Source: Macrostomum hystrix | Lineage: Eukaryota > Animalia > Platyhelminthes | Assembly (NCBI GenBank): GCA_950097015.1 | Contig: CATNEN010000002.1 | Location: 5,146,001-5,210,000 of the forward strand | Direction of reading: 5' to 3' | DNA: 64,000 bases | Shown: in pieces, positions 12,800 to 24,760 of the stretch | Numbering within the stretch: the first letter of the stretch is position 1 | Layout: every line of letters starts with the position of its first letter | Translations under genes and position numbers: made by a program | Notes under the pieces: model-generated | What the model was told of the DNA's origin: nothing | Databases searched by the model: none | The model's input: only the letters and a program-made list of their open reading frames with translations

Positions 12800-14245
12800 T
12801 GAAAGCGAAAACCAACATTAAATTAGTTGTACGACGCGTTTCGCACTCTTAGGTGCATCTTCAGGTTTATTTTTTTAAACGAAATGAAACAGGTTTTGTG
12901 AATAAATATGTGTAATTGGTTGACAATGAAAGTAGAAAAATTATTAAACAAATCGATATTTGAGAACACATGAGTTGGTCCGTACGGCAATGTGAAGTCC
13001 GGGGGCAGAATGAATGTACACCCAGTACTATCTCTCATCAAAAGACACAGAGTTGGTGACCCGCGCCACTATGTTGGAATTGTGTGTTAAGGCTGGGTGA
13101 CTGGGCTTTTATGTGCATGGCCTCAAGAATTCTAAGTTTGAAGTCCGACTGACATTGGTAAATAATTTTAAAGCGCTCATTTGGGTTGCAGTTAGAGCAG
13201 CTACTACAATGCAGTAAATGATCTTGAATGGCAGACGGTTTGAGCCTGCAGTGCTCCCTGGTTCTGGTGTGTAGGTGTCTTTTGGTTTTCCCCACGTAGG
13301 AGACACTCTGGTCAACAGAGCAGTTGAATTGGTACACGACACCAGCACGCAGAGCACGGGGACACGCGATTTTAACCGGCTAACAAAATCACCAACTTTG
13401 GCAGTCCGAAAAACAACTAAGATGTTGCAGTTAAGCGATTGGTGGAACAGCTTTCGTGATTTTGCTTCTGAAGTGAAGAGAAGGATGACCAAAGAAAGGA
13501 AGGACCAGAATGGGCTCTCTGTGGTCATTTTTGGCGATTTGCTGTTTGGCAACATTTTCAGAGATGAACTTGTGAATGATGCTATAGATGAAGTCTTGCG
13601 GATAGCCATTTTGCCGAAACAGTTTGGTGAGAGATCTTAATTCCTGGTCGAAGTTAGCCTAGGTGTTGCAGACAATGAAAGCTCTATGGAGCATGCAACT
13701 GATGAGGCCAGATTTCCTATTTTTAGGGCACAAAGCGTAGAAGTTAAGGATCAGGTTGGTGAACGTTTTTTTGCGAAAGACTTTAGTGGAGAGAGTTCCA
13801 CTGCTAAGGTCAATGTCCAGGTCTAAGAAAGGAAGCTTTTGGTCAGAAGCTTTTTCAAAGGTGAATTTGATGTTAGGATGAGTAGAGTTGAGAGCTTGAA
13901 GGAAGGACTCGATTTTGGTGCTGTTGTCAAAAATGGCGAAAGTGTCATCAACATACCGCCTGTAGAATTTGGGGGCACAATCGAGAGACATCCAGTTATT
14001 GGTTTCCCAGTGGGACAAGCAGCAGACCTCGGCAAGAGTGGGGGCCAGGGGGCTGCCCATGGCGCAACCATCAATTTGCCGGTAGTATTTGTTATCGAAC
14101 AGAAAGATGCCAGAGGTCGCAAAGCGGAGGAGTTTTTTGAAGGAGGTCTTGGTCATGGAGGGAGGGTTGGCTTTAAAGACCAGCTCAGTAGCAAGGTCGA
14201 CAGCAAGTTCAAAGGGGATGTTGGTGAAAAGAGAAACCACATCAA
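12800..14245 (-). mobile_element. Penelope-like retroelement (RT + GIY-YIG endonuclease), 5'-truncated and frameshifted
   Basis: RT motifs FDVVSLFTNIP, GCAMGSPLAP, YRRYVDDTF; GIY-YIG domain YVGKTKRHLHTRTREH...LEAMHIK...LNTQ at 13038-13337. Confidence 0.9.
12826..12870 (-). ncRNA. Minimal hammerhead ribozyme at the end of the Penelope-like element
   Basis: The minus strand reads CTGAAGA-TGCAC(CTAAGA)GTGC-GAAAC-GC-GTC: conserved core, stem II and the short palindromic stem III typical of Penelope-associated minimal hammerheads. Confidence 0.65.
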
Positions 14246-16400
14246 ATGGACGAATCTGGGACGACTGGTCGAGGATAGTTGCTGGAAGTGTCGCACAGCA
14301 GCGAATGCTGACCATCAAACTGGAAGAAGCGGCTGTTGGAGTTCTGTTGCATCCGGGTCCTTTGTTGCTCTGCGGCGATTGCTGGTAGGTCGACTGGCTC
14401 CTCCGTGGTCGAGTCCGCGGCGGATGCAATCGTCTGCGCCGGAAGTTCACCGGACTCGGGTAGTCGAGACAGAGCATCGGCGACGATGCTGTCGGAACCC
14501 CGGATGTAGACCACGTAGGTGACGTATTCGGAAATGATGCTCAGGTAGCGCTGGTTTCGGTCGGATGTGCCCTGGCTGCCGCTGTGGAAAGCCTGAACGA
14601 GGGGTTTGTGATCCGTGAAGATCGTGACCTGTCGGCCCTCGATGAGGCTGCGGAAGTGCAGAACTGCCAGGTAAACAGCGAGGAGCTCGCGGTCGAAGGT
14701 GGAGTAGGCGCGCAGTGTCGGTGACAGAGTCTTGCTGAATAGTCCGAGTGGTACCGGCGACTGACCATCGGTCTGGTGTAGAGCGGCTCCTACGCAGGTT
14801 GCTGAGGCATCCGTGACCAGGCTGTAAGTCGAGCACTGCGGGTTGGGTGATGCAAGAGGATCCGCTCGGCCAACTTACCTTTCAGCTGATTGAATGCGTC
14901 GTCGTGCTTGGCTGTCCACAGGTACTCACGTGGCTTCTTGAGCGACTTGGTGACCAGGCTTAGCAGCGGCGCGGCGGTGTGGCTGAACTGAGGGATGAAA
15001 CGCCGGTAGAATCAGATCGTGCCGAGGAATCTGCGCAGGGACTGTGCGTTGCGGGGAACCGGCCACTCGCGGATGGCGTCGACCTTGGAGTCGAGCGGTC
15101 GAATCCCGTCTGCTGTCACCCGGTGTCCTAGGAATGTGATCTCCTTCTGCAGAAAAGCGCACTTGCTGAGCTGGACCTTTAAGCCATGTTGTTCTAGGCA
15201 CTGAAGAACTCGTTCGAGCACTCGGAGGTGATCGTCCTCGTCCTTGGAATAGACCAGGAGGTCGTCCACGTATGCGAGAACGCCGTCGATGCCTCGGAGG
15301 ACGGTTTCGATAAATCGCTGAAAAGTCTGACATGCGTTGCGAAGACCGAATGGCATGCGGGTCCATTCGTTGAGTCCAAACGGCGTGATGATTGCAGACT
15401 TCGGTATATCGTCCTCGGCGATTGGAATCTGATGATAGGCTCGGACGAGATCCAACTTGGAGAAAGTCTTGGCGCCGTGGAGATATCTCGTGAAGCACTG
15501 AATGTGTGGCACTGCCAGGTAATGATCTGGCTGGGTGATCTTGTTTAGCTGTCGGTAGTCGCCACAGGGTCACCATTTCCCGTTTGGGACTCCGTCGTCC
15601 TTTTTAGGCACCATGTGTAGTGGCGATGCCCAACTGCTAGACGATGGTCGTAGATATCCGGCATCTATCAACTGTTGAAATTCATCCTTTGCGATGGCCA
15701 GCTTCACGGGATGTAGTTGTCTTCCCTTGGCGTGAGTCGGTTGATGTTCGCCTGTGACAATGACGTGCCGTGTGTCGTGTTTTACCTCTTCGGCTGGCGG
15801 CAGGCGACCCCCCTCCACGTACGTGAAGGTCTCCTTGAATTTGTCGATTAGCTGCCGCATGCGTGCATCGCAGTTGTCGAGGTAGGCTAGAGAGACGCTG
15901 ACTGAGTCGAGCTGTAGGGCGGCGACTGGTAGAGTCGGCGTGTGCAGTTTTGTCTCTGGGTCAACCAGTTGCCGTGTCTTGCAGTTCACCGTCAGTCCAA
16001 AGTGCGATAGGAAGTCGTATCCCAAGATAGGTTGAATCACGGCGGCGACCAAGAACGTCCAACGGAACGAGCGGCGTAAACCTCGAATGGCGACATTAAG
16101 CGTTAAGCATCTCCAGCGACTGGTATGGGTGCATCTGTGGCGGTGCTTATGCGGAAACCGGTCGGTTGGAGAGCCTGGTGGAGATATTTCGGCGGAATTA
16201 TGGATGCTGCGGCGCCAGTGTCGACGAGAAAGGAAATCTGCTGGCTTTGAAAAAGCAAATCTACCACCAGGAATGCTTGGTGTTCGCCGCTCTGTCGCTG
16301 ATGGCGCTGCTTATTGCGGCGTGTTGGGCAGCGCCATCCAGTTTCACGACTCCATATAGTCTATTGATTCCATAAACTACATAGACACGGTAAGCATTCC
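14246..16400 (-). mobile_element. Ty3/Gypsy pol fragment (protease end, RT, RNase H, start of integrase), degenerate
   Basis: PILGYDFL; SSWASPLHMVPKK; MPFGLRNACQTFQR; YVDDLLV; YIRGSDSIVADALSR. Truncated at LLCDTSSNYPRPVVP. Confidence 0.9.
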
Positions 16401-19400
16401 AACAACAACAACAACAACAACAACAAGAGACGCCAGCCCCAAAAGTCAGGGAGGCAGCGTCAGATGTTGCGCCGCAGAGCCAGCGCGCGAACATGGTCCG
16501 CGCCGGTGGCAGTGTCGGGCGCCCCGGCGTCGCTCAGCAGGCAGTCGACGTAGCGGTGGGTCCGAGCCTGGCCGCGCCTGAACGGGCCCTGCAGGGTGAG
16601 CAGCAGGACGTCCTGGGCGGGCTGGCGGCAGTAGCTCTCAGCCCGAATAATATGGCCCGCTAGTCGAAGTCGCCGCTGGCGCAGGATGGTGGACGGGCGT
16701 TGCAGCAGGGCTCTCTCGTACAGAGGCTCGGTCTCGACGCTCTGCTCAGCTTGAAAGGCCGCACGGAGCAGCCCCGAGTGCGCCGAGTCCAGCTGCCGCT
16801 CTAGCGTAGCCGTCAGCGTCCACGATTCGGTGTTGTACAGCAGGACGGTCTCGACCACCGCCTGCCACAGCCGAGCCCTCTGGCGGTCAGGCAGCGCTGT
16901 GGACCGGAGGACGGCCTGGATCGAACGGTAGGCCGCCCATGCGATTCCTCTGCGCCGCCGGATGTCGTCTTCCACGTTGGGCACCAGTCCGCCGAGGTAA
17001 GTGAACCGCTGCATGGCAGCGTGCGAGCGAGATGATTTGCCCGTCTGCGCCGCGGCATGTCAGGTCCGCTGGGATGTCGGCCGGCACGGTCAGTACCTCG
17101 GTCTTGAGCGTGTTGATCACTAGGCCGACCCTTAATGCCACCTCAGCCAACCTGTCAATCTGGCGCTGGGCACCTTCGACAGTCGAGGACAGGAGGGCGA
17201 GGTCGTCGGCGTAGCCAAGCACGCTGAGGCGCTTCTCATCGTGGCGGCGACCGATGCGTCTGCGCAGCAGGAAGCCGTCTTCAGCCGAGGGGAGCGCATT
17301 CCAAAGCACCCAGTCCAGGAGAAGCACGAAGAGGAACGGGGCCAGCGTGTCGCCCTGCAGCACTCCTGACAGGACGGACAGGCCGTCCGCGGTAACAACA
17401 GCAGCGCGCGTGTCGCGATACAGCGACATGACAGCGGCGACTAGCTGCTCCGGGACCCGGTAGGCACGAAGCACGAATGAAAGCGCGGCTCTCGACACCG
17501 AGTCAAACGTCTTGCGGAAGTCGACAAACACGATGATCAGTGTTGACTGGCGAATGCGCGACTCCTCGATGACACGGCGAAGTGGGCGAGGATCTGGGTC
17601 ACTGTACCGCGCTGCGGACGGAACCCGTTCTGCTCGTAACGCAACGGACTGCAGGCGATCGAGAAGCAGTCGGTTGAAAAGCTTCGCGGTGCAGGACATA
17701 AGCGAGATCCACCCGCGGTGATCTTCTTTCCGCGTTGTCCCGGCCTTCTTCGGGATCGGTAGGATGTGCGCTACGGTCCATTCGGTCGGCGCTGGGGCGC
17801 CGGCGAGCACGCGGTTCATGGCGCCTGTTGTTATGTAGTGACTTGCAGCCAGCGCGTATACGCTGAGTACACCGCGCTGGCAGCTGTCTGTTAACTGGCT
17901 GAATATCGATCATTTCATTGTGCGGTGCAGCCATGTGCAGCCAGCGCGCGTACGCTGAGTACACCGCGCTGGCAGCCGTTTGGTTTACTGGCTGACTTTC
18001 AAATCATTGTTCGCTCTATTTTATCACCCCCTAATCCTTACACCCATCGTGCCGTCGCATAAAATATATATCGCCGTTCTCAGGAGCGTGGAGCTCTGAC
18101 TGTTACGTTTCGTTCTAAATACCACCAGTCTAGAGTTATTTCAGTGGCGACGCGACTTGGGCCCAGCCATGCCGGCCCACGGAATCGGAGAATTTGAAGA
18201 CTCCGTCGAAACCTGGGATGAATACCAGGAGCGCCTGGAGCAGCATTTTCTCGCCCAGGACATCACTGACGAGGCCAAGAAGAGAGCAACCCTGCTGAGT
18301 GTCTGTGGAAGGAAGACGTTTCAATTGGCTAGAAGCCTGTGCTCTCCAGCCAAAGTTGCTGGCAAATCGTACGACGACATCTGTTCGCTGCTGAGCGGTC
18401 ATTTCAACCCGAGACCAAGTGAGATCGTCCAAAGGTTCCACTTTAACAACCGAGCCCAGCGTGCTGGAGAGACTGGCAGAGTTTCTGGCAGAGCTGCGGA
18501 AGCTGGCCGAGTTCTGCAACTTTGGCAGCAGCTTGTCGGACATGCTGCGGGACAGACTGGTGTGCGGCATCGCGGATCAGCAAATCCAACGCCGGCTGCT
18601 GATGGAGCCCACCCTCACCCTCGACACAGCAAAGGAGATCGCTCGGGCGGGCGAATCGGCAGCCATCAACTGCCGGTCGCTGGGATCAGCGAACTCGGCA
18701 GCACCGACGCCATCGACGGAAAGCGACGCTGTGCTACGGATGGAGCGGCAGCGACCAGAGGAAGACAGCAGACAGCTGGGAGCCGAAAGTCGTCAGCGCT
18801 GCTTTCACTGTCTCTCAACCCGTCACCTGGCCAGCAAGTGCCCCTTCGTGGACAAGCGCTGCTTTAAGTGCAGCAAGACCGGACACACAGCGAAGGCCTG
18901 TAAGACAGATGCACTGCGGCAGCAGCAGACACACCAGCTGGTGGAGCAGGTGACCACGAGCGCGAGTCCAGATGAGGTGTCGTATCCGTTTTTTCATCTG
19001 GGGGCGGATCGGCCGCAGTCAAGTTTTCCACCGATCAGGACATCGGTTTTTATCGAAGGGCGGCAGCTTGGGAAGCCACACAGCGGAGCCGCAGCGCCTC
19101 GACCGGAACCTCGACGGGGCCGAGCGCCTTGCCGCGAGATGTTCTCCAAGCGAACCGCACAACATCCTCCACGGTGACTGGGCTGGTGCGAAAATCCTCC
19201 TCAGCTGGCAGGGCCGTGTCCGTCGGCAGTGCGAAACTAGGTGGCAGCGGGGCGAGGGCGCGTTCACAATGCCGGCGAAGAAGTCGCGCAATTCATTCCT
19301 GCGCTCCTCTGGAGTGTCGCCGGTCAGATTCAGCGCCACACGCCTCTTGCGCCCCGTCAGGGTCCGAACGGCCGTCCACACTGCGCGGCTCCTCACGTCG

Positions 19401-20815
19401 GGGCCAGCTGCTGTGATTGACTGGATGGCGTCGTCGACTGCAACCTACTGCCCCGTGTCCAGAAGACGCGGGAGCGCCTCCTCGGCGTCACTAGTGGGCC
19501 GTCGGGATCTTCGGAGTCGCTCGATCTTCAGCCGCGCCTGCCTGATCGTTGGATCGCTCTGCCAGACTGGCTGCGTTCGCTCCGCCGGTCGCATCGGCGG
19601 GACCGTCTTCTCAGCTGCCGATCTCACGGCAGTGCTGATGTCGGCATACTCCGCCTCGCGCTGGTTTCCAAGCGCGCTAGCGAAGGCGCCTGCGAATTGG
19701 TACTTCACGCGGGGGTCCAACAGGGCACGATGGTAGCGCCGTGGCCGCTGCTTCGGAGGCCGGTAGAGCTGGTCGGTCAGACCAGAGAGCCAGCGGAGCC
19801 ATGGTGTCGCAGTTGATGACGCGGTGGTGCTCGCGAGCGCGAACCAGCACATGATCGAATTGCGCCAGCCGCCTCGTGGCATTCCGCCCACGCGCGTCCC
19901 GTCGTCTCCTCTTGCAGCCCGCGAAGGTGACCAGGCGGGCCGGTGGCTTGCGGAAACGGGTGGTTATTGACATCAGGTCCAGCCGTTCTAGCAGGTCCTC
20001 CAGCGCATCCGTGTTGGCGTTCTTGCGTCCCTGACGAAAGGCGATCGCTCGGACCTACGTGGAACTGCGTTAAGGTCTCCAAGCACCACCAGCGTGTCGT
20101 GGTTTGGCACCTCTTCCAGCTGTCCGGGCAGAAACTCGAAAAAGGCGAGAGCTTCGTCCGGGTGGGCAGCCGTAGGGGCGTACGCGCAGAAGAGCCGGAT
20201 GCAGCGAGCGCGCAGGCGCAGGTCAACCCGCAGCAGACGCGGGGAGAGTGGGGCGCAGTGCACGCTCTGCCGAAGGCGCGGTCCGATCAGCACGCCGACG
20301 CTGCCACGCCCGCGGCTGTCTGCCGACGTGTACAAGAGGCTCCAACCGTCTCCAAGATCTTCATGTTGAAAGCCTGGCTCAGCCACGATAGAGACCTCCT
20401 GCAGCATTATGAGGTCCAGCTGTAGGTCGTGGGCCAGCTGGACGAGCAGAGTGCGACGACAGGGAGCCATCAGGGTCCGGCAGTTCAGCGTGCCGAGCCT
20501 GAGGCGACCACCTGGTACGGCTAGGACCCGATGACGTTGGGCTGATCAGATCAGATCAGCTCACGGTCCCCGGCGCCACCCGGCGGATCCGATTCAGAAG
20601 CGGCAGAGACCGGGGACGACTGGCGTCTTGAAGAACCGCGAAGTCGCCCACGCCGGTTGCGCTCACGCCGCCGCTCAGTGCGACGGTGTGCGCTGCGCTG
20701 TCCTCTGCTCGTCCCTGATGTGCCGATCTTGGCTGTCGCAGCCGAGGCGCGGCCGTCCGAGCCAATCGAGGTCATCCGCGGCCTGATAGGCTGACCACGA
20801 TGCCAGGAGGTGTCG
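16400..20815 (-). mobile_element. RTE-like non-LTR retrotransposon (APE endonuclease + RT) with (TTG)n 3' tail, interrupted by an LTR fragment
   Basis: APE motifs LQEV, YAPT, LGDLNA at 19.9-20.5 kb; RT motifs FVDFRKTFDSV, GVLQGDTLAPFLF, YADD at 16.9-17.8 kb; (CAA)n on the plus strand at 16400-16426. The 5' boundary is approximate. Confidence 0.85.
17826..19075 (+). mobile_element. 5' LTR + PBS + gag of a second Ty3/Gypsy element, 3'-truncated, inserted in the LINE
   Basis: TG...CA segment 17826-18140 followed by PBS-like TGGCGAC. Gag motifs WDEYQERLEQHF, LRDRLVCGI and a CCHC knuckle CFKCSKTGHTAKAC. Confidence 0.8.
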
Positions 20816-21549
20816 ACACTATTTGTACGGATGTGCAAATATAATGGCTCTGCAAATATAATGGCTCGAATTCTAAACGAGCTCCAACAAAAGCCTTCCA
20901 GTACGCTACTGTCAGTGAATTCACGGGTAAGCTGAACCAAACCAAGTTGTTCGGTTCGGCTCAATTCGAATTATTTGAATTCAAATAATTCAAATCCAAA
21001 TTGCAGCCATTTTTTATAGATAGATTGATGAGACTAACTCAAAGTTGATATTCTCAATTAGAAATCTCAAAGAATTGTATGTGCGTTTCTATGGCTAAAA
21101 GTTCACTGTCTACAATTATTTGTGCACCTTTCGCACAGCACGTGGCGACATCTCGGCCGTTACTATGCACCAAAGTTTCGACAACAAGTTCTTATCAGAT
21201 CAGATCAGATCAACAAATTCTTGCTGATCACTATAGAATTCTTTGCACGCAAATAAACAGGCGTCATGTGCGACATTGCTGTGGTGCAAATGCTAGCCTT
21301 CCTCAATATTCACACGATAGTTAATACCAATGCCGCAAAATGAGACACTTTTTAGCTGCTGAACGAATACCTGCGTATGAACCAAACAACGCAGATAACG
21401 CAAATTATCACCCACATAATCGGCTTCGCGCACAAACACATCGCCACAAAGGCCTTGTAGTCAGTGCAAGTGTTTAAGCTGCTACAAAATACAAGCTTCA
21501 CTAGTCGCATTAGAACAGTCGACTAAACTGATCAACTCAAAGAGGTGAG

Positions 21550-23189
21550 ATGTTGAAGCCAATTTTACCAGCTACATGGATTATCATTGGTTTGATGGTA
21601 AGCGAGTATCCTGGCTTCAAGTTCATCAAGAGTAGCAGGCTCGAACGCACTTTATTCCATATCGATTTCAGTACATTCGATCAGGAGCTTGCTCGGCGCC
21701 GATAATTGGAACTGTTAATGTATTGTATGTGGACCACAGACGGCACATACCAACAAACTGCGATCGCAACTCGTTAAAAAATCTCTGCGATCCATTTATC
21801 TTCGTTTCAGCCTCCACACCTGCCAAGATTCTCGAAAACTTCGAAGCAACTCAGTTGTCAACCCAGTTTGACAACACACAACAGAGGCTTTTCGTGCCCC
21901 ACAACCAGCGGCTGGCTATATTCCGCTTCAATAATCTGGACCTGAGCCCCAGTGACAGTATCCAGGTGAACATAGAAGTCGATGATTTATTTGCAGGACC
22001 CAACAAAATGTGTGAAATGTCGAAGAATCTCAGCGTTCAGTCCATGACCCTGTTTCCGAACAACACGGTGAGCAGACACTCGACTCGGCAGATAATTGAA
22101 ATGAGCTGTGTGGGCCACACTCTGAGATTTGAAGTTTGGATCACCTGCCAGCCAAACTATTACCAGGTGGGCTGCTCCGTGCACTGCGATCCGAGTCGAT
22201 TCGCATGCAGCCGAGACGGCTCGAGAGTGTGTCCTGAGGGGTTCATGCCTCACGGTGACAGCTGCATCATGAAATCATCAGTGACAGATGACTCGATGAC
22301 AACAGTGTCAAACACAACGGCTACAACTACAACAGCGTCTATTAAGTCGTCAAAAATTGCAGGTCTGTCAACATATTTACCAACAAAATCTTCGACTAGA
22401 ATGCCTTCACCGACAACAGCGTCAACAACAACAATCACCGCGCCAGAAACAGCAGCATTAACAAAGCATTCGGCAGCAACTGCAACAACAATAGCAAGCT
22501 CAACTACACCAGCAACAACAATAACAAGCTCAACTGCACCAGCAACAACAATAGCAAGCTCCAATCACTCCAATCAAGTGGAAATCACCACTTCGGCTAC
22601 GTTTGCTGGCACAGCTACTCTGATACCGTCTATCCAATCTGCAACAACCCATCGATCGACTCTCGCGCCATCAACCACTTCGAGACAAGATCGAACGAAA
22701 TCGACTTGGGTAAACTTGCCTCACATGGTGTACAAATCCACAGCTGCTTCAACCCCACGGTCAACGAAAAGGATAGCAAAAGTGACGCCAAAGCAACTGG
22801 AAGTCTCAACTAGCAGTTTAGTGACTCGAATAGCAACTACATCAGCGTCAGAAGCCTTAACATCAACTGTGGCTGATGCTAGAGGCAAAATTGTTGCTGT
22901 TCTAAACACTGGGCGAAGTAGACAAGCAGGCATTAGCCTCCAGGCGGTAAGCTCTTCTTTAACTTCTAATCCCACAAAATGTTTTTACATAAATTTAATT
23001 TGTTCTGTTTCCACTCTCTCGCAGGTCCTTTGGACACTGATAGGGACTATCATTCTGGTGCTGTGTGTCGTGCTAGCAGTTGTTGTTGGCTTCATTGTCC
23101 ACATCAAAAAGCGCTCAGGCAGACGTCCGTATGTTCGGGTACTGAATTATCCGCTGGATGACCGAGAACTCTATAGATCCGGCAGGTGA
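21550..23189 (+). CDS. Gene A: type I membrane protein with signal peptide, C2/MNNL-like domain, shortened DSL-like domain, Ser/Thr mucin stalk, TM and short tail. Exons 21550-21597, 21672-22946, 23025-23189; 495 aa
   Basis: GT-AG introns with in-frame joins. DSL-like CQPNYYQVGCSVHCDPSRFACSRDGSRVCPEGFMPHGDSC; hydrophobic LIGTIILVLCVVLAVVVGFIV followed by KKR. Confidence 0.8.
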
Positions 23190-24376
23190 GATAAAACAAT
23201 GATAAAGCGGCCACTAATAGAGGAATAGGCGAGATGAGATGTCAATTTAAGGCTTATGTCATGACGTCAATGGGCGTCAATAGGCTGGGAACGTGCCTTC
23301 CGGATTCCAGTGTATTGGTTAAATAAAGCAACTTACAAGTACATGCGAATAAGATAGGCAAACTAGTTGTGATGTACATTGGGGGTAGAGATTGAAAGGA
23401 GAGAGGGTGGCTCTCCAGCCAATAGCAAGATGGGGAGAGAGAGAGACGGGTTGCCAACGAGTTGCCTCGTAATATGAGCAATTCAAGTTATTATTAAGTC
23501 CACATAAACAGTGCAGTGCCAGATCTCGGTGCCCTGACACCACAGCCAAAGAAAGTAGCCCGGGATCAATCCTCGAACCAGACCGACTAAAATTTCAGTA
23601 GCTGGTCGATCCAATCGACAAGAAATGCCAAGATATCTTGCCCCCGTCCTTCTCATGGTATCCATGGTACCCCGGAAAACTCAGCCGGTTTAAGTCGGTA
23701 TGGTTCGAGGATCGACCTCGGGATCGATTCCCCTTTTCACAGTGGAAAAAAAATTAATGCTATTGTGTCACACGAGTCAGGGATTCAGGGATTTGGTCGG
23801 ATATTCTCATACACAATAAATCGGCATCTCTCCGACTTCACAGAGAGCCTCCGTCAGAGTCAGTGGAGCTTCGCTACACCGACTCAGCAGCTGCTCATCC
23901 CGCGGTCTCTGTTGCAGGGGCAGTCTGAGTTTAGTAGCAACTCTGCCTACGGCAAGCAATCTCCTCAACCAGCACGCGAATGGAGCCAGACACAGAGCTT
24001 CTTGTGGCAAGCAGATTAGCTTTAATTAAGGCATTGTTTGGCTTCATCCGTGCTTAATATCGAGGCGGTCAGCTACTTAACTAACAACAATTATAACAAA
24101 CTGCGTGCTTCAATTCCTTTAAATCCCAACACCTATCATTAGATTATTTACTCCAGAAGTTGAATTCAAGAAGAAGATTACGAAATTGTCATAATAATTT
24201 TTTTTCTGCGTTTTCATCGTTAATGAAGTTAAAAAAGTAACCAATATTAGACACTTAGCAACTTTGTAGCTTTGTTTATTGTGACTTGAACCACACCTGC
24301 GTGGTTAAATGCATTAAATTATCTTCACTAATCGCATTAGGACAGTCGACTAAGCTGATCAACTCAAAGAGGTGAG

Positions 24377-24760
24377 ATGTTGAAGCCAGGTTCAGCAGTT
24401 ACATGGATTATCATTGTTCTGATAGAAAGCGAGTATCCTGGTTTCAAGTTGATCAAGAGTAGAATGCCGGAATGCACATTTTATTCCATGTGGATTTCAG
24501 CACATTCGATCAGGAAGCTTGCTCCGCGCCGAAACTGTTAAGGTAAAGTGCGACTACTACAGACAGCACGAACCAGAAAGCTGCGATACAAACTGGTTCG
24601 TCCATGATTACTGCGATCCATATTCCATCGTTTCAGCCTCGTGCCCGGCTGATTCATATTCCTAATCCGTTAGTGTTCCGGTTCACCTATCTGGACCTGA
24701 GTCACATGGACAGTCTCCAGGTGCGCAGAACAGTTAAAGATAAATAACTACCGACGACAG
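24377..24760 (+). pseudogene. Gene B: pseudogene of the C2-DSL-like family
   Basis: Homologous exon 1, but the donor is mutated (GAAAGC instead of GTAAGC); internal deletion, early stop, no DSL segment. Confidence 0.75.

Noticed and set aside
13839-20470. Numerous opposite-strand ORFs over the retroelements
   Set aside because: Expected shadow frames in GC-rich coding sequence.
23765-24019. Small ORFs conserved with 43219-43507
   Set aside because: Similarity is explained by the recent duplication, and the frames are not preserved between copies.
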